Of a DNA stretch of 64,000 bases, positions 53,478 through 64,000 are shown one piece after another. The first letter of the stretch is position 1. The number at the start of each line of letters is the position of its first letter. Below the pieces are notes generated by a model. The model had not been told where the DNA came from and made no database searches. It saw only the letters and a program-made list of their open reading frames with translations. Source of the stretch: Eledone cirrhosa (taxonomy: Eukaryota); NCBI GenBank assembly GCA_964016885.1, contig OZ024759.1, positions 12,772,001-12,836,000 on the forward strand. Direction: 5' to 3'. The position numbers and the translations under genes are program-made.

Positions 53478-56400
53478 TACTGTTTCCACAGACCTGTAAT
53501 ACTGTCTAGTGCTACTACACACCTGTAATACTGTCTACTGTTACTACACACCTGTAATACTGTCTACTGTTACTACACACCTGTAATACTGTCTAGTGTT
53601 ACTACACACCTGTAATACTGTCTACTGTTACTACACACCTGTAATACTGTCTACTGTTACTACACACCTGTAATACTGTCTACTGTTACTACACACCTGT
53701 AATACTGTCTACTGTTACTACACACCTGTAATACTGTCTAGTGTTACTACACACCTGTAATACTGTCTACTGTTACTACACACCTGTAATACTGTCTACT
53801 GTTACTACACACCTGTAATACTGTCTAGTGTTACTACACACCTGTAATACTGTTTACTGTTACTACACACCTGTAATACTGTCTACTGTTACTACACACC
53901 TGTAATACTGTCTACTGTTTCCACAGACCTGTAATACTGTCTACTGTTACTACACACCTGTAATACTGTCTACTGTTACTACACACCTGTAATACTGTCT
54001 ACTGTTACTACACACCTGTAATACTGTCTAGTGTTACTACACACCTGTAATACTGTCTACTGTTACTACACACCTGTAATACTGTCTACTGTTACTACAC
54101 ACCTGTAATACTGTCTACTGTTACTACACACCTGTAATACTGTTTACTGTTACTACACACCTGTAATACTGTCTACTGTTACTACACACCTGTAATACTG
54201 TCTACTGTTACTACACACCTGTAATACTGTCTACTGTTACTACACATCTGTAATACTGTTTACTGTTACTACACACCTGTAATACTGTCTAGTGTTACTA
54301 CACACCTGTAATACTGTCTACTGTTACTACACACCTGTAATACTGTCTAGTGTTACTACACACCTGTAATACTGTTTACTGTTACTACACACCTGTAATA
54401 CTGTCTAGTGTTACTACACACCTGTAATACTGTTTACTGTTACTACACACCTGTAATACTGTCTAGTGTTACTACACACCTGTAATACTGTTTACTGTTA
54501 CTACACACCTGTAATACTGTCTACTGTTACTACACACCTGTAATACTGTCTACTGTTACTACACACCTGTAATACTGTCTACTGTTACTACACATCTGTA
54601 ATACTGTTTACTGTTACTACACACCTGTAATACTGTCTAGTGTTACTACACACCTGTAATACTGTCTACTGTTACTACACACCTGTAATACTGTCTACTG
54701 TTACTACACATCTGTAATACTGTTTACTGTTACTACACACCTGTAATACTGTCTAGTGTTACTACACACCTGTAATACTGTCTACTGTTACTACACACCT
54801 GTAATACTGTCTACTGTTACTACACACCTGTAATACTGTCTACTGTTACTACACACCTGTAATACTGTCTACTGTTACTACACACCTGTAATACTGTTTA
54901 CTGTTACTACACACCTGTAATACTGTCTACTGTTACTACACACCTGTAATACTGTCTACTGTTACTACACACCTGTAATACTGTCTACTGTTACTACACA
55001 CCTGTAATACTGTCTAGTGCTACTACACACCTGTAATACTGTCTACTGTTACTACACACCTGTAATACTGTCTACTGTTACTACACACCTGTAATACTGT
55101 CTACTGTTACTACACACCTGTAATACTGTCTACTGTTTCCACAGACCTGTAATACTGTCTACTGTTACTACACACCTGTAATACTGTCTACTGTTACTAC
55201 ACACCTGTAATACTGTCTACTGTTACTACACACCTGTAATACTGTCTACTGTTACTACACACCTGTAATACTGTTTACTGTTACTACACACCTGTAATAC
55301 TGTCTACTGTTACTACACACCTGTAATACTGTCTACTGTTACTACACACCTGTAATACTGTCTACTGTTACTACACACCTGTAATACTGTCTACTGTTAC
55401 TACACACCTGTAATACTGTTTACTGTTACTACACACCTGTAATACTGTCTACTGTTACTACACACCTGTAATACTGTCTACTGTTACTACACACCTGTAA
55501 TACTGTCTACTGTTTCCACAGACCTGTAATACTGTCTACTGTTACTACACACCTGTAATACTGTCTACTGTTACTACACACCTGTAATACTGTCTACTGT
55601 TACTACACACCTGTAATACTGTCTACTGTTACTACACACCTGTAATACTGTCTACTGTTACTACACACCTGTAATACTGTCTACTGTTACTACACACCTG
55701 TAATACTGTCTACTGTTACTACACACCTGTAATACTGTCTAGTGTTACTACACACCTGTAATACTGTCTACTGTTACTACACACCTGTAATACTGTCTAG
55801 TGTTACTACACACCTGTAATACTGTCTACTGTTACTACACACCTGTAATACTGTCTACTGTTACTACACACCTGTAATACTGTTTACTGTTTCCACAGAC
55901 CTGTAATACTGTCTACTGTTACTACACACCTGTAATACTGTCTACTGTTACTACACACCTGTAATACTGTCTACTGTTACTACACACCTGTAATACTGTC
56001 TAGTGTTACTACACACCTGTAATACTGTCTACTGTTACTACACACCTGTAATACTGTCTACTGTTACTACACACCTGTAATACTGTCTACTGTTTCCACA
56101 GACCTGTAATACTGTCTACTGTTACTACACACCTGTAATACTGTCTACTGTTACTACACACCTGTAATACTGTCTACTGTTACTACACACCTGTAATACT
56201 GTTTACTGTTACTACACACCTGTAATACTGTCTAGTGTTACTACACACCTGTAATACTGTCTACTGTTACTACACACCTGTAATACTGTCTACTGTTACT
56301 ACACACCTGTAATACTGTCTACTGTTACTACACACCTGTAATACTGTTTACTGTTACTACACACCTGTAATACTGTCTACTGTTTCCACAGACCTGTAAT

Positions 56401-56665
56401 ACTGTCTACTGTTACTACACACCTGTAATACTGTTTACTGTTACTACACACCTGTAATACTGTCTACTGTTTCCACAGACCTGTAATACTGTCTACTGTT
56501 ACTACACACCTGTAATACTGTCTAGTGTTACTACACACCTGTAATACTGTCTAGTGTTACTACACACCTGTAATACTGTCTAGTGTTACTACACACCTGT
56601 AATACTGTCTACTGTTACTACACACCTGTAATACTGTCTACTGTTACTACACACCTGTAATACTA
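53478..56665. repeat. 29-bp minisatellite, ~110 copies, intronic
   Basis: Unit ctactgttactacacacctgtaatactgt. Confidence 0.98.
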
Positions 56666-56747
56666 GACACAATATTCAGTGATAGTCAAATAAGACCAAT
56701 TCAATATTGAGTGACACTCAATGGTGTGTTACACAACTAAGTTACAC

Positions 56748-57290
56748 CCAACCTAACAACACAGTACCAACCTAACAACAGAGTAGTAACCTAACAACAC
56801 TGTACCAACCTAACAACACAGTAGTAACCTAACAACACAGTAGTAACCTAACAACACAGTAGTAACCTAACAACACAGTACCAACCTAACAACACAGTAC
56901 CAACCTAACAACACAGTACTAACCTAACAACACAGTACTAACGTAACAACACTACCAATCTAACAACACAGTACCAACCTAACAACACCGAACTAACCTA
57001 ATGACACAGTACTAACCTAACAACACAGTATCAACCTAACAACACAGTACTAACCTAACAACATGGTACTACCTAACAATACAGTACCAACCTAACAACA
57101 TGGTACTAACCTAACAACACAGTACCAACCTAACAGCACTGTACTAACCTAACAACACAGTACTAACCTAACAACATGGTACTACCTAACAATACAGTAC
57201 CAACCTAACAACATGGTACTAACCTAACAACACAGTACCAACCTAACAGCACTGTACTAACCTAACATCATGGTACTTACCTAACAACAT
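56748..57290. repeat. ~19-bp minisatellite overlapping the exon donor site, ~28 copies
   Basis: Unit agtac(c/t)aacctaacaacac; the terminal unit ggtacttacctaacaacat is the real exon/intron junction. Confidence 0.92.
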
Positions 57291-57360
57291 CTGCATTTTC
57301 CATCTCTGACTGCATCTCTCTTATGCGAGGATTCGACACCCTCATACATCTCATGTATTC
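57281..57360 (-). CDS. RNF41: RNF41 internal coding exon, 80 nt, phase 0/2 (absent from the ORF track)
   Basis: Acceptor tgttgtag|GAA, donor TTAG|gtaagt. Translates EYMRCMRVSNPRIREMQSEMENADVV(R), similar to NRDP1 AYMRAIRSVNP...; its phase joins both neighbouring exons in frame. Confidence 0.88.
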
Positions 57361-58148
57361 CTACAACATAGAATGGTCAAGTTACAGTATTCCTACAACA
57401 TACAATGGTCAAGTTACAGTATTGCTACAACATACAATGGTCAAGTTACAGTATTGCTACAACATACAATGGTCAAGTTACAGTATTGCTACAACATACA
57501 ATGGTCAAGTTACAGTATTGCTACAACATACAATGGTCAAGTTATAGTATTGCTACAACATACAATGGTCAAGTTATAGTATTGCTACAACATACAATGG
57601 TCAAGTTACAGTATTGCTACAACATAGAATGGTCAAGTTACAGTATTGCTACAACATAGAATGGTCAAGTTACAGTATTGCTACAACATAGAATGGTCAA
57701 GTTACAGTATTGCTACAACATAGAATGGTCAAGTTACAGTATTGCTACAACATACAATGGTCAAGTTACAGTATTGCTACAACATACAATGGTCAAGTTA
57801 CAGTATTGCTACAACATACAATGGTCAAGTTACGGTATTGTTACAACATAGAATGGTCAAGTTACAGTATTGCTACAACATACAATGGTCAAGTTACAGT
57901 ATTGCTACAACATACTATGGTCAAGTTACGGTATTGCTACAACATACAATGGTCAAGTTACTTGCTACAACATAGAATGGTCAAGTTACAGTATTGCTAC
58001 AACATAGAATGGTCAAGTTACAGTATTGCTACAACATACAATGGTCAAGTTACGGTATTGCTACAACATACTATGGTCAAGTTACAGTATTGCTACAACA
58101 TACTATGGTCAAGTTACAGTATTGCTACAACATAGAATGGTCAAGTTA
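57356..58148. repeat. 32-bp minisatellite overlapping the exon acceptor site, ~25 copies
   Basis: Unit tattgctacaacatacaatggtcaagttacag; the first unit tattcctacaac... is the real intron/exon junction. Confidence 0.96.
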
Positions 58149-58149
58149 A

Positions 58150-58643
58150 CCCTTTAGCATTTAAACCAGCCGTTTCCAGCCAGAATTCTCTCAACTTTTT
58201 CTTTTCAAACCGGCCGTAACTGGGCACTCATACTGATGTTAAGTTATTGTTCTCAAAATAAAAACATCAAAATCTCATAGATTCAATGTTATGTGAGATA
58301 TTATGTGAGGTAAAGCCTTTACCGTGGAAAATACAATAGTAAAGATACAGTAATGTAAATGTTATGTAAGATATTATGTGAGGTAAAGCCTTTACTGTGA
58401 AAATACAATAGTAAATATAGAGTAATGTAAATGTTATGTGAGATATTATGTGAGGTAAAGCCTTTACTGTGAAAATACAAGAGTATATATAGAGTAATGT
58501 AAATGTTATGTGAGATATTATGTGAGGTAAAGCCTTTACTGTGACAATACAATAGTATATATAGAGTAATGTAAATGTTATGTGAGATATTATGTGAGGT
58601 AAAGCCTTTACCATGAAAATACAATAGCAAATATAGAGTAATG
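58150..58643 (+). mobile_element. piggyBac-like MITE with ~5 internal 72-bp repeats, right end truncated
   Basis: TTAA|ccctttagcattta left end; runs into a SINE-B fragment at 58650-58772. Confidence 0.8.
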
Positions 58644-59011
58644 TATTCCATTCTGAGTTCAAATCCCACCGAGGTTAACTTTGCCTTTCATCCTTACGGG
58701 GTCGATAAATTAAAGTACCAGTAATGTACTGGGTATTTGCTGGCCTTGTGCCAAACGTAGAAACAATTATTTTATGGAGTGTGAAACAAAAATATATTCT
58801 AAACAACACTTAAAACATTTTAAACAACAAAATAACAACACTTCATAAATATATTTTACTCTCATGAGAATTTCAAAACCTCACCATTTAAACATAATAT
58901 GTTGATTAGCTGCCTTGGCTTATAAACAGGGTTTGGATTCTTGCCAATTTCTCAGACATACAATAGGAGGGAGGGGAATCACCTTATATTCAAGTGTATA
59001 CGGTACTTTAA

Positions 59012-60787
59012 CTCTTTAGCATTTAAACCAGCTATGTCCAGTCAGCATTTTCTCACTTCTTTCTGTTCAAACTGGCCATAACTAGCTGCTCATACTGATG
59101 TTAAGGCATTGTTCTCAAAATGAATTATATCAAAATATCACATATTCGATATTATGTGAGATAAAGTGTTTACTGTGAAAATGCAATAGTATATATAGAG
59201 CAATGTAAATGTTATGTGAGATATTATGTGAGGTAAAGCCTTTACTGTGACAATACAATAGTATATATAGAGCAATGTAAATGTTATGTGAGATATTATG
59301 TGAGATAAAGCCTTTACTGTGACAATACAATAGTATATATAGAGTAATGTAAATGTTATGTAAGATATTATGTGAGGTAAAGCCTTTACTGTGAAAATAC
59401 AATAGTATATATAGAGTAATGTAAATGTTATGTGAGATATTATGTGAGGTAAAGCCTTTACTGTGAAAATACAATAGTATATATAGAGTAATGTAGATGT
59501 TATGTGAGATATTATGTGAGGTAAAGCCTTTACTGTGAAAATACAATAGTATATATAGAGTAATGTAAATGTTATGTGAGATATTATGTGAGGTAAAGCC
59601 TTTACTGTGAAAATACAATAGTATATATAGAGTAATGTAAATGTTATGTGAGATATTATGTGAGGTAAAGCCTTTACTGTGAAAATATAATAGTATATAT
59701 AGAGTAATGTAAATGTTATGTGAGATATTATGTGAGGTAAAGCCTTTACTGTGACAATACAATAGTATATATAGAGTAATGTAAATGTTATGTGAGATAT
59801 TATGTGAGGTAAAGCCTTTACTGTGAAAATACAATAGTATATATAGAGCAATGTAAATGTTATGTGAGATATTATGTGAGGTAAAGCCTTTACTGTGAAA
59901 ATACAATAGTATATATAGAGTAATGTAGATGTTATGTGAGATATTATGTGAGGTAAAGTCTTTACTGTGAAAATACAATAGTATATATAGAGCAATGTAA
60001 ATGTTATGTGAGATATTATGTGAGGTAAAGCCTTTACTGTGAAAATATAATAGTATATATAGAGTAATGTAAATGTTATGTGAGATATTATGTGAGGTAA
60101 AGCCTTTACTGTGACAATACAATAGTATATATAGAGTAATGTAAATGTTATGTGAGATATTATGTGAGGTAAAGCCTTTACTGTGAAAATACAATAGTAT
60201 ATATAGAGCAATGTAAATGTTATGTGAGATATTATGTGAGGTAAAGCCTTTACTGTGAAAATACAATAGTATATATAGAGTAATGTAGATGTTATGTGAG
60301 ATATTATGTGAGGTAAAGTCTTTACTGTGAAAATACAATAGTATATATAGAGTAATGTAAATGTTATGTGAGGTAAAGCCTTTACTGTGAAAATACAATA
60401 GTATATATAGAGTAATGTAAATGTTATGTGAGATATTATGTGAGGTAAAGCCTTTACTGTGAAAATATAATAGTATATATAGAGTAATGTAAATGCTATG
60501 AGATATTATGTGAGGTAAAGCCTTTACTGTGAAAATATAATAGTATATATAGAGTAATGTAAATGTTATGTGAGATATTATGTGAGGTAAAGCCTTTACT
60601 GTCAAAATATAATAGTATATATAGAGTAATGTAAATGTTATGTGAGATATTATGTGAGGTAAAGCCTTTACTGTGAAAATACAATAGTATATATAGAGTA
60701 ATGTAAATGTTATGAGATATTATGTGAGGTAAAGCCTTTACTATGAAAATATAATAGTATATATAGAGTAATGTAAATGCTAAAGAG
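59012..60787 (+). mobile_element. piggyBac-like MITE expanded by ~22 internal 72-bp repeats
   Basis: TTAA|ctctttagcattta ... taaatgctaaagag|TTAA; unit ttatgtgagatattatgtgaggtaaagcctttactgtgaaaatacaatagtatatatagagtaatgtaaatg. Confidence 0.9.
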
Positions 60788-60887
60788 TTAACAGAGAAGA
60801 ATGCTTTGAATCTTTACAAGGAAGATCCCCTTTAAAAAACCCGAAAATTTGTGATGTTGTGGAAAGAGACATTAGTAAAAGACTTAC

Positions 60888-61019
60888 TTTTAACTGTTGC
60901 ATTTCTCGTTTCTGTTCTTTAAGTTGTAATTTATGCTCCATTAGTTCTAACTGCATTTCCGACATTTTCTGTTGGTGAAGTTGCACCAGATTCCTCAGTT
61001 CTCGAACACAATTATGGTC
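60888..61019 (-). CDS. RNF41: RNF41/NRDP1 E3 ligase, internal coding exon (coiled-coil region), 132 nt, phase 0/0
   Basis: Acceptor ttgtcag|GAC, donor AAA|gtaagt. Translates DHNCVRELRNLVQLHQQKMSEMQLELMEHKLQLKEQKREMQQLK, resembling the vertebrate NRDP1 HNC...EHK.QL.EQKR..QLLK segment as recalled. Confidence 0.92.
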
Positions 61020-61199
61020 CTGACAACACAACACTTCGTTAATTAATTAACAAATTATGACCAATAAACAAATACATACATTCGTTAATTAGTTTGACAC
61101 CAAATTATGATTTATGTAAGTAAGGGGAACATCAACCACTTAAATCTGAACAAAGATACACCTAGAAGAAACAAAGTAATCTCTGAATATCCTATATGT

Positions 61200-61560
61200 A
61201 AATAATTGTTTCTGCTTTTGTCACAAGGCCAGCAATTACCCCAGTGCATTACTGGTACTTTGTTCTATCGAGCCTGTTAGGATGAAAGGCAAAGTTAACC
61301 TAGGCAGGATTTGAACTCAGACCGTAAAGGGCCATAACTCTATGCTGCAATGCATGGTGTCTGACACTCTACCGATACTGCCAATCCACCACCCTTTGAT
61401 AATTGTTCCTACTTTTGGCACAAGGCCAGCAATTACCCCAGTGCATTACTGGTACTATATTTTATTGAGCCTGTAAGGATGAAAGGCAAAGTTAACCTTG
61501 GCAGGATTTGAACTCAGATCGTGAAGGGCCGTAATGCTATGCGACAAAACATGGTGTCCT
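61200..61560 (-). mobile_element. Two tandem SINE-B copies
   Basis: Same core as the 34205 array. Confidence 0.8.
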
Positions 61561-61732
61561 ATACATAAATAATACACTCCGAAAACAAAGCCAACAATAA
61601 ACAAAACAGCCAGAGGATAAGACCATTGAATGCCACACTTGTAACTAATACACTCATTAACCTCTTCAGTGCCATAGATGAGGTAACTCATCCTAACATG
61701 TATGGATTCTAGTGCCACGGATGAGATAACTC

Positions 61733-62043
61733 ATCCAACAGTTCAAAACTTCAAAGTTATGAACTCGTTTCCAACAGTTCATAACTTCAAAGTTATGAAC
61801 TCCTTTCCAACAGTTTATAACTTTAAAGTTAGGAACTCCTTTCCAACAGTTCATAACTTCAAAGTTATGAACTCCTTTCCAACAGTTTATAACTTTAAAG
61901 TTAGGAACTCCTTTCCAACAGTTCATAACTTCAAAGTTATGAACTCCTTTCCAACAGTTTATAACTTTAATGTTATGAACTCATTTCCAACAGTTTATAA
62001 CTTTAATGTTATGAACTCATTTCCAACAGTTCATAACTTCAAA
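61733..62043. repeat. 36-bp minisatellite, ~8.5 copies, palindromic core
   Basis: ccaacagtt recurs every 36 bp; core gttcataactt-caa-agttatgaac. Confidence 0.93.
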
Positions 62044-62354
62044 GCTAGATGGAGTTACTAGTTTATTGATGTGATGGTTGTCAATCAAAATAGTCATTTT
62101 ACTGGAAAAAAAACACGACCACAGCAACTGTAGCTGTGTAAAATATACACAGCAGTCAACAGATTAAAACAAAGCTAATTACAAAGTAAATGTCAATACT
62201 AGAACCAAGACATCATCCATAATTCCTAACTCAGACATATATTTGAGAGATTAATATTAACCTTGCAGATTCTATGTACCTTTCATTCTTTTTGAAGGAA
62301 TGTTTTATAGTAGATACCATTTCCAGGTACTAATGCTTATCAATACCTGTTACA

Positions 62355-63122
62355 ATATACAGGGATACAGTGTACCTATTGTAAACCAGGTATACACAGG
62401 GATACAGTGTACCTATTGTCAACCTGGTATACACAGGGATACAGTGTACCTATTGTAAACCAGATATACACAGGGATACAGTGTACCTATTGTAAACCAG
62501 ATATACACAGGGATACAGTGTACCTATTGTAAAACTGATATACACAGGGATACAGTGTACCTATTGTAAACCAGATATACACAGGGATACAGTGTACCTA
62601 TTGTAAACCTGATATACACAGGGATAGTGTACCTATTGTAAACCTGATATACACAGGGATACAGTGTACCTATTGTAAACCTGATATACACAGGGATACA
62701 GTGTACCTATTGTAAACTAGATATACACAGGGATACAGTGTACCTATTGTAAACCTGATATACACAGGGATACAGTGTACCTATTGTAAACCAGGTATAC
62801 ACAGGGATACAGTGTACCTATTGTAAACCAGATATACACAGGAATACAGTGTACTTATTGTAAACCTGATATACACAGGGATATAGTGTACCTATTGTAA
62901 ACCTGATATACACAGGGATAGTGTACCTATTGTAAACCTGATATAAACAGGGTTACAGTGTACGTATTGTAAACCAGGTATATACTGGGATACAGTGTAC
63001 CTATTGTAAACTAGATATACACAGGGATACAGTGTACCTATTGTAAACCAGATATACACAGGGATACAGAGTACCTATTGTAAACCAGGTACACACAGGG
63101 ATACAGTGTACCTATTGTAATC
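62355..63122. repeat. 35-bp minisatellite, ~22 copies, intronic
   Basis: Unit atacacagggatacagtgtacctattgtaaaccag. Confidence 0.96.
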
Positions 63123-63614
63123 CTGTCACATGTCTGGTGCTCACATACACCCACACAATACATACACAGACACCCTCACAGGCAGACATAAACACACACT
63201 GAGACAGAAACACACAGACACACTGAGACAGAAACACACAGAGACAGGCAGATACACACACAGACAGACAGATACACACACACACACACAGACAGACAGA
63301 CAGATACACAGACACCCAATTCATCTGACATTTTAAAGATTATTTTCTTGTAAAAACTGTGTTAAGTGATTGATGGAGAAATGAAGCAGAGTGAGCCAAC
63401 TTTACCTGGAGGAGTTCCAATCACAACTTTACCACCACCACCACCACACTACCACCACCACCACTACACTACTACACCACCACCACCACCACACTACTAC
63501 ACCACCACCATCACCACCACACTACCACCACCACCATCACCACCACTACTATACTACCACCACCACAACCATCATTATTATCATTATTACTATTGTTATT
63601 ATTATTATTATTAT

Positions 63615-63825
63615 TGGATTAGCAGAATCGGTAGAGCATCGGACTCCATGCTTCGTGGCATAGAGTTACAACCCTTTACAATCTGAGTTCAAATCCTGCC
63701 AAGCTTAGCTTTACCCTTCATCCTTACAGGGTTGATAAAATAAAGTACCAGTAATACACTGGGGTTGGTTTAATCGACCCCCCCCCCCCAATTGCTGGCC
63801 TTGTGCCTAAATCAAAAACCATTTC
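63615..63825 (+). mobile_element. SINE-B copy
   Basis: ggattagcagaatcggtagag head, gagttcaaatcc B box, ttcatccttac...gataaaataaagtacc core. Confidence 0.8.
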
Positions 63826-64000
63826 AGCATTTTGTTGAAAGATGGGTGAGAGAGGCAAGAATGGCCCGAGTGAATTACTCTGTAAATTAAAGGTGGAAAA
63901 CTGGGAGAGGGCACTTGACCTGGTGGTCAGGGTCACCGTGGCTTTTTTAATAGGCTTTCTCCAACGATGGCCCTCGTCGTCTCCCCCCTATTAGGGAATT

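Noticed and set aside
59130-60605. 491-aa and 357-aa repetitive ORFs
   Set aside because: 72-bp MITE-internal repeat on the intronic strand.
61733-62043. loxP-like ATAACTT...AAGTTAT inverted core
   Set aside because: Only the outer 7-8 bp match; the 13-bp arms and 8-bp spacer are absent.
7445-63122. CRISPR-like appearance of the 23-44-bp repeat arrays
   Set aside because: No unique spacers, no cas genes, eukaryotic context.

Overview
AT-rich, repeat-dense eukaryotic (animal) DNA. The SINE/LINE content and TA/CA microsatellites suggest a mollusc, probably an octopus-like cephalopod (inference). One host gene is recognisable: the last four coding exons of RNF41/NRDP1 (E3 ubiquitin ligase) on the minus strand at 61019-60888, 57360-57281, 50974-50733 and 47025-46922. 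All have GT-AG boundaries and consistent phases; the RING-encoding 5' exons lie beyond the window end. The remainder is RTE, CR1 and CRE-like non-LTR retrotransposon relics, mariner and Merlin DNA-transposon relics, two tRNA-derived SINE families, a piggyBac-like MITE that seeds a 72-bp satellite, and about ten unrelated minisatellites. Two structures stand out. (1) A ~9.4-kb degenerate palindrome (16206-25630) is centred on a GC-rich nest of hairpins at 22777/22778. (2) An 80-nt RNF41 exon has had its own 3' and 5' splice junctions each amplified into a flanking tandem array of decoy splice sites. There are no CRISPR arrays or prokaryotic genes. Most long ORFs in the track are artefacts of repeats.
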